NCBI RefSeq assembly: GCF_004010195.1
Contig: NC_057719.1
Location: forward strand, 48,868,723-48,932,722
Length of the DNA: 64,000 nucleotides
Origin: Chiloscyllium plagiosum
Lineage: Eukaryota
Direction of reading: 5' to 3'
In this document: positions 1 to 12,232 of the stretch, in pieces
How positions within the stretch are numbered: position 1 is the stretch's first letter
How the letters are laid out: the number at the start of each line of letters is the position of its first letter
Position numbers and translations under genes: made by a program
The notes under the pieces: model-generated
Database searches by the model: none
Seen by the model: only the letters and a program-made list of their open reading frames with translations
Told to the model about the DNA's origin: nothing

Positions 1-184
1 TCCCCCACTCACCTATTGTACTCTATGCTACTCTATCCCCACCCCCACCCTCCTCTAGCTTATCTCTCCACGCTTCAGGCTCTCTGCCTTTATTCCTGAT
101 GAAGGGCTTTTGCCCGAAACGTCGATTTCGAAGCTTTTCGGATGCTGCCTGAATTGCTGTGCTCTTCCAGCACCACTGATCCAG
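1..184 (+). mobile_element. Penelope-like element terminal repeat (pLTR), family A; runs off the window start
   Basis: Same sequence as the terminus (51650-51745) of the GIY-YIG-bearing copy; contains a hammerhead core. Confidence 0.8.
93..126 (+). ncRNA. Minimal hammerhead ribozyme motif in pLTR
   Basis: CTGATGA (96-102)-A-GGGC-TTTT-GCCC-GAAA (116-119)-CGTC; perfect 4-bp helix II, palindromic ACGT helix III, very short helix I. Confidence 0.7.
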
Positions 185-359
185 GCTCTAACATCTATGT
201 TGGGGACTGTCATTGTCTACTTTCTATCTGGCAAATGGGAGAATGAGTGCCAGCATATTAATGATTTGATATTAGTTACTAATAAGGGTGATATTAAGTG
301 ATAATTTCTGTTAAAAGGCCTTTCACTGCTCACTAGTGAGAATCTTAACCTTGACATCC

Positions 360-2445
360 AGAACTTCAGTAAGGCAATCAACAAGGTTCCTCATGGTAGA
401 CTGGTTTGCAAGGTTAAATCATATGGAATACAGGGAGAACTAGCTATTTGGATACCAAACTAGCTCGAAGGTAGAAGACAGAGGGTGGTGATGGAAAGTT
501 GCCTTTCAACTGGAGGCCTGTGACCAGTGGAGTGCCACAAGAATCTATGCTGGGTCCATTGCTTTTCGTCATTTATATAAATGATTTGGATGTGAACGTA
601 GGACGTATTAGCATGTTTTGAGAAGATTTGTAGCTCCGGTTGAGTTTCTGGATGTAGGTTTCTTACTGAGCTGGAAGGTTTGTTTTCAGAAGTTTTGACA
701 CTATACTATGTAACATCTTCAGTGAGCCTTCAGGTGAAGCACTGGTGATGTAGCCTGCTTTCTATTTATATGTTTGGGTTTCCTTGGGTTGGTGATGCCA
801 TTTCCTGTGGTGACATCATGTCCTATGGTGATGTCATTTCATGTTCTTTTTCTCAGGGGGTGGTAAATGGGATCCAAGTCAATGTGTTTGTTGATAGAGT
901 TCCGGTTGGAATGCCATGCTTCTAGGAATTCTCATGCGTCTCTCTGTTTGGCTTGTCCCAGCTAGATGTGTTGTCCCAGTTGAAATGGAATCCTTCCTCA
1001 TCCGTATGTAAGGATACTAGTGAAAGGGGGTCATGTCTTTTTGTGGCTAGTTGATGTCATTTATCGCAGTGGCTAGTTTTCTACCTGTTTGTCCAATGTA
1101 GTGTTTGTTACAGTTCTTGGAAAGTATTTTGTAAATGACATTAGTTTTGCTTGTTGTCTGTATAGGGTCTTTCAAGTTCATTAGCTGCTGTTTTACTGTG
1201 TTGGTGGGTTTGTGGGCTACCATGATGCCAAGAGGTCTGAATAGTCTGGCAGTCATTTCCGAGATGTCTGGACACGTTTTGTCTGCTTGTTTGGGTTTGT
1301 TGCTGAGAAATCAGTGGACTGTGTTCATTGGGTACCCATTCTTTTTGAATACACTGTATAGGTGATTTTCCTCTGCTCTGTGTAGTTCCTCTGTGCTGAG
1401 TGTGTGTTGGCTTATTGAAATAATGTTCTAATGCAGCTTCGTTTGTGGATGTTGGGATGATTGCTTCTGTAGTTCAATATTTAGTCCATTTGTGTTGTTT
1501 TCCTGTAGACACTGGTTTAGAGTTCCCCATTGGCTGTTTGCTCTACTGTGACATCTAGGAATGGCAGTTTGTTGTTGTTTTCCTCCTCTTTAGTGAACTT
1601 TATGCCAGTAAGGGTATTAAACCTACATCTAGTAGGAGGTATGTTAGTAAGTTTGCAGACATCAAAATTGGAGATGTAGTGGATAGCAAAGAAGATATCT
1701 CAGAGAATGGTAAGGTCCTGGGGAGTGTTGCTGAACAAAGAGACCTTGGAGTGTAGGTTCAAGTTTCTTGAAAATGGAGTCACAGGTAGATAGGATAGTC
1801 AAGAAGACATTTGGTATGCTTGCCTTTATTGGTCAGTGCATTGAATGTAGGAGTTGGGAGGTCATGTTACAGCTGTACAGGGCATTGGTCAGGACTTTTT
1901 TGGAATAGTGTGTGCAATTCTGGTCTCCCTGCTAAGGGAGGGATTTTGTGATGAGTTCAGAAAAGATTTACAAGGATGTTGCCAGGATTGGAGAGTTTGA
2001 GCTGTCAGAAAAGGCTGAATAGGCTGGGGCTGTTTTCCCTAGAGCGTTGGAAGCTGACGGGTGATCTTACATAGGTTTATAAAATCATGAGGAGAATGGA
2101 AAGTGTATATAGATAAGGTCTTTTTCCTCAGGGTGGGGGAATCCAAAACTAGAGGGCATAAGTTTAAGGTGAGAGGGGAAAGATTTACAAGGGAACTAAG
2201 GGCAATTTTCTCACGCAGAGGGCGATGAGTGTCTGGAATGAGCTGCCACAGGAAGTGACAGAGGCTGGTACAATTACTACATTTAAAAGGCATCTGGATG
2301 GGTAAATTAATAGGAAAGGTTTTGAGGGATTTGGCCAAATATTAGCAAATTGGTCTATATTTATTTAGGATATCTGATTCACATGGATGAATTGGACCAA
2401 AGTGTTTGTTTCCATGCTGAATATCTCTATGACTCTATGACTCTA
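360..2445 (+). mobile_element. CR1-clade LINE 3' part (decayed RT region and tail), interrupted by a PLE at ~614-1625
   Basis: RT motif SGVPQ-S-LGP-LF--YINDLD at ~525-590, resuming at ~1632; 3' tail ctatgactctatgactct; same family as 12233-15634. Confidence 0.9.
614..1625 (-). mobile_element. Penelope-like element (family C), 5'-truncated, with GIY-YIG remnant and pLTR
   Basis: ORF 1047-1256 SKTNVIYKILSKNCNKHYIGQTGRKL is GIY-YIG-type; 614-880 is the reverse complement of 8172-8442; flanks gtaggacgtattag (598-611) and gtaggaggtatgttag (1632-1647) look like a TSD. Confidence 0.85.
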
Positions 2446-2659
2446 ACTTGGTTGGAAAATGAGATGTGTTTGTCTAATGTCGAGAAGGCCATCAATTGAC
2501 ATCTCACCTACTTTTCACAAATTTCTCCCTTTAGCCCATAACGTTCAGGGACTAGGAAGATTCTGCCCAGTGTCATTAAAGCAGAAAAAAAATCACAAGG
2601 TACATTAAAAACATTAATCAGATAAAAAGCAATTTAACACCAAAACATTTGGAAATTTG

Positions 2660-3400
2660 GTGATTGGCAAGAAAGGGTGGTTTGAAGAGGATCTTAAAGG
2701 ATGAAAAATTACATGCGAATAGCTTGAGGCATGAGATTATCACATAATTAATTGGCATATTGGCATTTCTGGCCAATGCCATGAAGTCAGGATTTAAGCT
2801 GATTGTGATTTATTTATCTGATTGATTTGAGAATTTGTGACCATAGAATGAAAAGTGATGTGGTGCAGGAGGGCTGAGCTAGCATATTAAGGTTGTGAGC
2901 ACGAATCATACCAAGATCTTTGTGGAAGTTTCACAGGCACAACTGAAAAAAAATCTCTATTTCATTTTATTTGTTCCTTTGTTTTTACAAAGTGAGATGA
3001 AGAGATGGGGTGGGAATTAGAGAGGGATTCTGGCACTTGGGATTTAGACAACTAAAGACACAAAAACCAATGGCAAGACTTGGGTTGGGGGTTTCACAAG
3101 AAGCCAGGGATGAAGAAAACTTGTTGGAGTTTCAGAAGGGCTGGAGAAAGGAGAGAGTCAGAGACAGAAAGAGGAGAGTGATAGAGAGAATTGAAATTAA
3201 TGTGGATCAGTGAAGACAGCCTATGTGGTGGGTGACTAGGGTTTGACATTGGATAGGATACAAGCAGCAGATACTTAGATTAGTTATTATGGAGGTTGGC
3301 CAGGAGAACATTGGAAGTTGAGTTTGGTGTTGACAAATACATGGACAAACATTTTTATAGCCAATAGAGTGAAGCAGGGAATTCTTGTGATGAAGATAAT
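2660..3400 (-). mobile_element. Old L2-type LINE remnant
   Basis: Purine-rich decayed sequence with blocks resembling antisense L2 3' ends (gagggattctggcacttgggatttagacaactaaagaca); no intact ORF. Confidence 0.4.
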
Positions 3401-3839
3401 ATCAGCTAATAGAAAGATGTTCTCTCACAAAAAGTGAAAACAACATTTGTTTTTAAATAGCAAGTAATTACTGACTGACCATTTGTAATTTAGATACTTT
3501 TTAAAAGCAGATAAAAGACTGTGAAATTTCATCCTGACCTCTGAAGTCAACAATGCGATATGAATATTTATCTCATTTACAGTGAGGTTCTGAAAAGCTA
3601 CTTGTGATTTTCAATATTATCACTAGCAGATAAATGTCTCGGAAACCACATTTCCAAGCAGCTGTAGGAAATTTGCCATGTTGCCCAAGCAAAATATGGA
3701 CATTATTCTGCACATGACCTTCTTGTATAAAGAAGCACTTAATAGCTTTTTATACAAACACCATACCTTCAGAACAAACCAATATTTTGATTCTGCTGAA
3801 CTTAAATTATTCTTCTTTAGTGCAGAGAAGCATATTCCA

Positions 3840-4290
3840 TCTACTTTGGAAAACATACTGATGGTAGTACACACACTGATGAAAGAAAAAAGCCACCAGC
3901 GATCACAAGCCACTTAATGTATGAAAGCTTAATCAGCACTTTGAGGAGTAATGCAATGATGAGAAGCTATTGCTTTTAAAAATAAAAGCATCAAAGTTTT
4001 AATGAAATTCTGTTTGGATCAATGTATCATAAAGAGCATCCAAAACTGCTTAGGAGATCCTTCAGTGGAAATGAGAATGGATCTTCAGGATTTAGTCGGT
4101 AAAGCCTGCCTGTTTTGACCTTATGCAGTCTCATATTAAGTCTGCTGTAAGTCTATGAAAGCAGTTTTTGTTTGGCTAATGCGTGGGATTGCGGCCACCA
4201 TTAGACAGTACTGCTACTAAACTTTAGTATGCATATAATTGACTGATAAGAGTACAGCATCAAATGGCTAAGGGACAGCTATCATAGAAT
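3840..4290 (+). pseudogene. Degenerate HEAT-repeat coding relic resembling Scc2/NIPBL
   Basis: Frame 3963-4121 EAIAFKNKSIKVL...IQNCLGDPSVEMRMDLQDLVGKACLF*P aligns by eye with remembered NIPBL NAIAVRTKAMKCL...VHGRLMDNSTSVREAAVELLGRFVLCRP; stops and frameshifts present. Confidence 0.45.
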
Positions 4291-5969
4291 TTGAAGATTT
4301 GTTCTTCTTTGCATTTCATTTACATCTCAAGCCATATTGGAGATATAGTTGAACAAAGCTGCAGGAGCTTAAACAGTGATTAGATCTGAGTGGCTTGGAT
4401 TTTCACTGAAATTGCTACGTTTTTATCCCATGTATTCAGAGAACGGGTGAAAAATGATACCTTGGGTAAACTTTATTATTGAGTGAGGCAGTTTGGTGCA
4501 TTAAAATCTGTCAAAATATGGTATTACTCAAAAACCTTTGGCACTGTTAGTGTCAAGGGTTAGATGAAAATAAAGTCTGGAATAGGACAGGATGCAGCAG
4601 TACAGCTTTGATAAGAAAACCTCCAACCTTGTCCTGCTTTAGCCAGTTACCTTTGCCACAGCAGAAGCCTCATGTCCATGAGGACAATTAATATTTCCAT
4701 TCATCCCTCAATCTGCGGAAGATTTCAAAAGGAACATCATTTTGTTTGATACAAAAGAATTGTTTCTCGATTCTGAATGGCGTCACCTTGACACAATATT
4801 GGGTCATTTACACCTAATTTGAAATTCTGCTTCTTACATCAAATAGCGTACAATAGGATTTGCAGATTTTGAGTTATTGAACACAGAATTAAAAATAATG
4901 TATTGGATTCAAAGCATTGTGGTATTAGTTACATGTAGCAAAGTAATAATAGATATACATGGTATTGTTGGACAAAATAAAAATTTTAAAAAACACCCTC
5001 CCTCACGAGAAGAGAAATAAAATCCATTGTTGTGAATAACGTTGCATTAAAATTAACCATTATTAAAAATTAATAAAAGAAGGGAAAACCCCTATAAATA
5101 AGTTCAAAATATTTCAGCTGCATATTTTTAGCAAAAAAAATCAAAAGACAACATGAAAGCATTTTTTACTTAAATCTGTAGCAAATTGAAATGTATTCTT
5201 TAATCATCTAAATAATAGCTTAGGAAACTGCTTTCAAAAATATAAATTCAGGCCGCACTTCATGCAGGTAATCTTTGTAAGTAGGATATTTTCAATTAAC
5301 CCAGGTACAAAATTAACTAATTGAGAATGATCTGTGCAAGTACCTAAATGAGGAACCATATATCATTAACTCCTATGAACTTTAAAAAGGATGGGTGAAA
5401 TATCTTTCTTTTACATGAGGAGATCATCAAATTTAAGCAACAATATCACAACATTAAGCATGTAACAGTCAACTCGAGTTAGACAGCTCTGGAGTGCTTT
5501 CCTTTTACAAAAGGAATGAATTATTATCTGAGAAGCATACTCTATGAATTGAAGCAATTTCAGAATAACTCATAATCTCATACCTTGCCATGAACACACA
5601 GCATGAATTCCTAACATTAGAAGCCAGAGGGGATGTAATTTTTAAAGATATTGTATTCATCTGGAAAAGGTAATACTGAACATTCATATCAATTGCATTT
5701 GTTTGAAATATTAAGCAATATGCATGCAAGAAACATATAATTTCAGCATGATAATTACCTAGTTTATTGGTGTATCTGTGGATTAAATTCTAGCCCTATC
5801 CGCACTGTATAATTATTACCATATTTCAAATGAAATTGCTTAAAAAATTTAACATTTCTATCTCTGGTGGAAAATTGTGCATTTGTAGTGCAAAAATGGT
5901 TCTGGCTTAAGTATAATTTCTAGATATTTACATACTTAATATTAGTAAATATTTACTAAGCTTCCTTAC

Positions 5970-6108
5970 CTGGGGGAGCAAACATAACAAGAAAAACTGT
6001 TAGGCGAAGCTCTGAGCTTTTTTTCAATGAAGATTCACTTAAAACATTAGTTAAAAGATTTTGATTATTATTCTTCTTTCTGCCCTTTTCCTTCCTCGTT
6101 TTTTCCAT
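5970..6108 (-). CDS. Candidate first coding exon of an unidentified host gene (exon 5970-6130; MEKTRKEKGRKK...LRLTVFLVMFAPP, phase-1 end)
   Basis: Acceptor ttccatctgttag|G at 6130, ATG in AAAATGG context at 6108, open to donor CAG|gtaagg at 5970/5969; protein not recognised. Confidence 0.3.
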
Positions 6109-6537
6109 TTTTTTCCTTTTTTTTAATAACCTAACAGATGGAATAATTCCGAGTTGTAAATTGTGACATTTTAAGATTTTTAAAATTCTGGTAGAAGTTG
6201 CAACAGTTCCAGAAAAACAGTTGTGACTTTCAGCCAATGACAAGTTTATAATTGACAACAGTAAGTAAAACGTAAGTCATATCTCAGCCTTCAGGAGAGG
6301 AAAAGCAAAGTGAGGTGGGGAAGAGGAACTGCTCCTTCTGCATTAACAAAATATATCAAAGTAACCTGGTCATTCCTGCAGTAACTGTAATTAATTACCC
6401 ACATTACTGGGACATATCACTGACATAAAACAATGCAAATTAACGATGCTTTTTACAATTTGTATGTTTGTTAAGTTCCAAAAATGTAAAGAATGCTAGA
6501 GACTGGGAAAAAAAACATTTATTTCAGTTTTACTTAC

Positions 6538-6583
6538 AATCTCTGATCTTGTGTGGATGCACTTTTAATAGATTCTCACACTC
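6538..6583 (-). other. Candidate 46-nt exon (possibly 5'UTR)
   Basis: Acceptor tgtttctgacag|G and donor ATT|gtaagt in non-repeat sequence. Confidence 0.3.
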
Positions 6584-8171
6584 CTGTCAGAAACAATCTA
6601 AAAGTTTCGTATCATTATCTGAAGGTTTTTTTAGCATTTGAAAGTAACAGAAGATTCATCATGAAAGCAGAAAATCCTTCCAGGGTTATCAATATACTGG
6701 TAAGAATTATATTGCAGCTATTTTTACAGCTCCTTTGGTCTGATTTAGTACAGGAAGTTCTGCCTGAGGAAAGCATTCCAAAATAAAGGTTGCTTCTGCT
6801 GTACTCCAATGGCAAAATATTGTGCTCACAGCAATTGAATATGACGGTTGCTATTTCTGATTTGCTGTTTATACAGAGTGCTTCTCATTCAGAGGAATAG
6901 ACAGATGAACCATAGGAATACATAGGCAATATAAATTTATTTTGATAATATATTAAATTGTACTAACTATAAGATCTTTCACTTATATTTGATGCTTTTA
7001 AATTCTGCAAATGAATGTCATTTACTGCAATGGTTTCAGAATGAAACCTTTCCTTAAAATACACAAAACTAGGTTTTATTTATTGCAGAAATTCGGGATC
7101 ATAAATATATTGCAACTGGGTATTTTAGAACATTTTGAATCACAGACTGAATAAAATAGTAACTTTTATATGTGCCAGTAAATTAGAATGATCTTGGTAT
7201 TACCACTGTGAATTAAAATGTACATCAGTCAAATAATGTGTTCATATTAAGATGTTTTGAATGAAATTTTGAAATATCACAAAACATAGCTTTTCATTTG
7301 ACAAATCTTAGATGCTTCAAGTTTAGAATATTTTGAACCATGCGGATTGATCAGATGGGAGAAAATCCTTGTCAATCCACATCTAGCAGATGAACAGTAG
7401 GGTGTCTGAGAAAGATCAAGACAAATAGCCTGCCTATATTTGACATTCGGACATCCTATTGGACCTTTTGATCAACAAAAAAAACATGAAGGAAAAATAT
7501 TTTTAACATCAGCAACAAATTTTTGAAATATATCAATTCTTAAATAATGTAGTATGGGATTGTTTAAAATGCCAGTCATGACCTTAAGAGGAGAAAGGTA
7601 TCAAAGTATTTAATTTTATTATGTTTTTTAATTCTATGCAATTTTAAGAATGCCTGATGTTTTTATTTTCATTTTTATTACCCAAACAAATTAAAATGCA
7701 TTCAATTTTTTCTATAAATTCAAAAGTTAATCATGTGATCAGCAATGTCTATACTTACTATTTTTGAAGAACAGAATTAATCCATAACAAACTAATAACT
7801 AAGCTAATTTGAAAAACAGCATATTGGGCCAGTTTTGAGGTGATAACTGAGTGAACAGTACTTGCTATTCATTATGCTTACCAAGCTCCATACCTTTAAG
7901 GCTTTTTTGAATTGCAACTTAGGGTATTTGGAGAGGCTTTTCAAGCTGCTGCCCTCCATAAGCATTTGGGATTCTGTTGAACACAGAAAGAACAGCTTGC
8001 CTCCCCAACCAAGAATCCTTCTTGAGCTACACAGTGTCTAAACTAGGAAGTATTCATTAGAATTTTCAATGTGAAATCATGTGCAGAAAGCAAACGAACG
8101 ATGATAGGGAAAGAAAGAAGAAAGAGGTGGGAAGGATATAAAAGTGACGTAAAGAAAAGGTTGACAAATAT

Positions 8172-8442
8172 ATCGACTTGGACCCCATTTATCTCCCTCT
8201 GAGAAAAAGAACAGAAAGTGACATCACCACAGCAAATGACATCCCTGCAGGAAATGATATCACCAACCCAAAGAAACCAAAACACTTAAATAGAAAGCAG
8301 GTCACGAACACCAGCGTTTCACTGGAAGTTCACTGATGATGTTACCTATGCATGGTAAGAAAACATCTGAAAACAAACCTAGCTCAGCGAGCAAACTTAC
8401 ATCCAGAATCCCAATCTGAGCTACAAATCTTCTCAAAACTTG
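8172..8442 (+). mobile_element. Penelope pLTR, family C, with degenerate hammerhead
   Basis: Reverse complement of 614-880; ttca-CTGATGA-tgttacc-tatgcat-ggtaag-aaaacatc-tgaa at ~8329-8371. Confidence 0.8.
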
Positions 8443-8529
8443 TTAAGGAAAAGGTAAGCAAAATTTTTATTTTAATTTTTCTAACAGATACTTTAATTAA
8501 AATTAATGGAGAAAAAAGGAAAACAAGAG

Positions 8530-9370
8530 TCTTCAGAGACATATACACAGGTTAACTGAATGGGCAAAGATTTGGCAAATGGAATGTTTTGTGGGGAAAT
8601 GTGAGGTTTTGAAGTTTGGCAGGAAAAATAGAGGAGCTGAATATTATTTAAATGAGGAAAAACTACAGAAAGCTATAGAACAAAGGTATTTAAGAATTCT
8701 CATTCGTGAAATACAAAAGCTAGCATGCATGTTCAGCAGGTAATAGGGAACGTAAATGAAATATTGGCCTTTGTTTCAAAGAGAATGTGGAGTATAAAAG
8801 TAAGGTTGTTTTGTTAAAATCTATACAAGGCAGTAGTCAGAGCATGGCTGGAATATTATAAACAGTTTTGGTTCACTTGGCTAAGGAAAAATATACAGGC
8901 ATTGGAGGCAGTCCAGAGAAGATTGACAAGGTATGGAGAGACTGACTTATGAGGAGAGGTTGAGTAAATTGGGCCTGTACTCATTGGAATTTAGAAGAAT
9001 GTAATACTGCCATATTGAAACATACAGGATATTTAGAGGAGTTGTCAGGGTAGATACAGAAAGGTTGTTTCCCCTGTGGGAGACTCTCGGACTAGAGGCC
9101 CTAATCTCAGAAAAGTGGTCATGTATTTAGGATAGGGGAACTGGAGATTTGTGAATCTTTGCAATTATTTAGCACAGAGGGCTGTTGAGACTAGGTCATT
9201 AACTACATTCAAGACTAAGGTAGACAGATTTTTAATAAGTAGGTTAATCAAGGGTTTTGGGGAAAAGGCAGGAAAGGGCAGTTGACCATTATCATGTGAT
9301 CTTCGTGAATGTTAGAGGAGACTCAATGGACTGAATAGCCTACTTCTGCTCTTACATCTTATGGTCTGAT
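8530..9370 (+). mobile_element. CR1-clade LINE 3' fragment (older subfamily)
   Basis: Decayed post-RT motifs (WAKIWQME; LEAVQRRLT; YEERLSKLGLYSLEFRR); tail cttatggtct. Confidence 0.8.
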
Positions 9371-9380
9371 GGAGAATCCA

Positions 9381-10432
9381 CATTGAATTGAATTAAATTG
9401 ATTTGAATTTGTTGTCATGTGTACCAAGGTATAGTGAAAAGCTTTCTCTTGTGAGCAATACAGGCAGATCTCACAGTTAAATAGCATAGATAAGTAAGTA
9501 ATAGGTAACCAGTGCAAAAACCAAAACACAGGTACAGGCGAATGTTAAGAGTTTGTGAGTTCATTCAGTATTCTAACAACAGTAGGGTAGAAACTGTCCA
9601 GCATCTGTACCTTCTCCCCGATGGTAGAGGTTGTAGAAGAACATTGCCAAGGTGGGATGGATCTTTGAGAATGCTGGCGGCCTTTCCTTGACAGGGGGCC
9701 TGGTATAGATGGAAGGTTGGCCTTTGTGATTGTCCAGGCCGAGTATACCACTCTCTGTAACCATCTCCAATCTTGAATGGTACAGTTGCCATACCAGGTA
9801 GTGATACATCCAGACAGAATGCTCTTGATGGTGCACCTATACAAGTTGGCAAGGGTATTCGCTGTTATGCAAATTTCCTCAGCTGCCTGAGGAAGAAATT
9901 ATATTGTTGGGCCTTTGTAACGAGGGCGTCCACAGGAAGAGTCCAAGAAAGCTTGTTGTTGATGACCACTCCCAGAAGCTTGACACTCTCCACTCGTTCC
10001 ACCTCTGTGCTGTTAATGTGTAAGGGGGGCACGAGCAATATCCCGCCGAAAGTCAATAATAAGTTCCTTGGTTTTGCCGGCATTGAGAGCTAGGTTGTTC
10101 TCAGTGCACCACTTTTCCAGGTCTTCCACCTCCTGTCTGTAGTTTGTTTCATTGCCATCTGAGATTCTACCAACTGTGGTGGTGTCATCAGCGAACTTGT
10201 AAATGGCAGTAGTCTGGTATTGGGCGATGCAGTCATGGGTATGCAATGAGTACAGTAAGGGGCTGAGTGCACACCCCTAGGGGGCTCCAGTGTTGTGTGT
10301 TAGTGAGGATGAAATATTGTCCCCAGTCTTCACTGATTGTGGCCTGTGGGTCAGGAAACTGAGGATCCAGTTGCAGAAAGTGGGACTTAGTCCAAGATCA
10401 CTAAGTTTAATAATCAGTCTCGAGGGGATAAT
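9381..10432 (-). mobile_element. Rex1/Babar-type LINE, 5'-truncated
   Basis: RT motif THDC...IYKFADDTTTVGRIS...EVEDLEKWCTENNLALNAGKTKELIIDFRR, then YRCTIKSILSGCITTWYGNC; (TCAAT)n-like 3' tail at 9381-9410. Confidence 0.8.
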
Positions 10433-10523
10433 GTTTTGTATTTGCAGGTTTTCAGTATCAGAGAGGTTGTTTGTAAAATTTGAAGACTCCTTGTGTTAAT
10501 AAATAAATCACTGCACTTACTTG

Positions 10524-10744
10524 AGAGCATGTTGCTAGAAAAGCACAGCAGGTCAGGAAGCATCTGAGGCGCAGGAAAATTGATGTTTTGGGCAGGAGCC
10601 CTTCATCAGGAATGAGGCCTCATTCCTGATGAAGGGTTCCAGCCCGAAATGTCGATTTTCCTGCTCCTCAGATGCTTCCTGATTGGCTGTGCTTTTCCAG
10701 CAACGCGCTCTCAACTCTGATCTCCAGCATCTGCAGACCTCACT
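10524..10744. mobile_element. Fold-back PLE mini-insertion (family A pLTR inverted repeat) with 16-bp TSD
   Basis: ~95-bp imperfect arms 10523-10617 and 10618-10712 centred on AGGCCT; TSD tcactgcactt(a/g)cttg at 10508-10523 and 10740-10755. Confidence 0.85.
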
Positions 10745-11004
10745 GCACTTGCTTGGACAGCCTCTAAATTTTTCTGGTTTATTTGGTGAGTATATAATGT
10801 GTACGTACCACAACTTCAAGCCATTCAGGTTTTTGAATACTGCATGTCTTAGTGCGGTATCAGTGTAGTGAGGTTTGAGCTGGGGAACTCCATCAGTTTT
10901 CTCACATAACTTTACATTGCTTACCCCACTAATTAAACACCATACCCCAAAAGGACTGCTATCGCACCATCTTGTACTCACTAGTGGTGACAGGAAACAC
11001 CCCA

Positions 11005-11700
11005 GTACTACATTTAAATCCTAGCTGTGTACCAGTTCAAACGGTGTGAAGGAAGAACTCTTCACAGTTCCTTGCCCTAGAGATGAATGACTGAGCCAGG
11101 TTGGCACCCTAATTTCCTGACAGGGACCTGGATGTCCTGGTGAATAGAATGGTGGAGAAGAAGCTGTCCTCTTTTTAGTAGCCTGCTGGAACACACCACA
11201 GCACAAGAGCCCACACCTGGGTCAGTGTAGTCTCCACTGTCTGGAGAAATGCCCAGAAGCATTGGTCACTGATCTTGGATCTCCACAAAGGTATATGCCA
11301 CTGTCTTCACTCTGCTACCTCACACTCACTCCACTGTTGCTACTGCACCCATGTCCCAACAAGACTGATGGCCTACCATTCTCACTATTGCATGCAGCAT
11401 CCTCCTTCAATGCCTCTTACCCATCTGATCCACACAAACTTCTAGTCTTCTGCACTTCCTACTCACTCACTTTGGACATTTCTCATCATTTCTCCCCCAT
11501 TGGCATCAACACTAACAGCTGCTTCAGCCACTTTCATCTCACACAATCCCACTGTGGTAGAGAAGGCCAAGATGGGGGTGGGGGCAGTGCCTAACATTCA
11601 TCTGCACACTCCCTATGAGGAGAGAATCCATGAGCTCAAAAACCATTCATGTGTGATGCTGAGATCTCCATGTCCTGGTAACCAAGTAAGGTCCATTGTC
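11005..11700 (+). mobile_element. PIF/Harbinger-type Myb/SANT gene relic, copy 1
   Basis: AP*FPDRDLDVLVNRMVEKK from ~11104; KMGVGAVPNIHLHTPYEERIHEL at ~11570-11637 resembles the TGGG...LTP-EE motif; homologous to 21237-21429. Confidence 0.55.
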
Positions 11701-12027
11701 AAGTGCTGTTCTTCTCTTCCATTACCGCAGCTGTGAAAGTACTCCTAATATGGCCAAGTTTCTAACCCTATTCCGCAATTCACTCTTACTCTTGCCTTCT
11801 GCAGGCACCAACAGCATCTACGCAGTACCCGAGCAGCCCCTGCAGCCAACATTTTCTCCTTCACCTCTGAGGAAGATGACACTGAACACCCAGAAAAAGC
11901 ACCAACAAGGCTGTCCCCTGTACCCTCCACCAGCTCAGATACTGACACCTAGGCAAGACTTTTATCTCAGGAGCACATCCCGTTCACATCACTACTACAG
12001 CTCTGTAGCTGGCAGAGGATGAAGCAA

Positions 12028-12151
12028 GGAGAAAGTGAGGACTGCTGATGCTGGAGATGAGATTTGGAAAGTGTGGCGCTGGAAAGGCACAATAGGTCAG
12101 GCAGCATCCAAGGAGCAGGAGAGTCGAAGTAATGGGCATAATCCCTTCATT
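12028..12151 (-). mobile_element. Family A pLTR fragment with 12-bp TSD
   Basis: Antisense match to 1-184; flanks agga(t/a)gaagcaa at 12016-12027 and 12152-12163. Confidence 0.75.
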
Positions 12152-12232
12152 AGGAAGAAGCAAACCAGATTGTTGGCACTCAATGGACTATCAGAGAGTA
12201 GGCACCTGCTCAGCTCCAGACAGGAGAGAATT

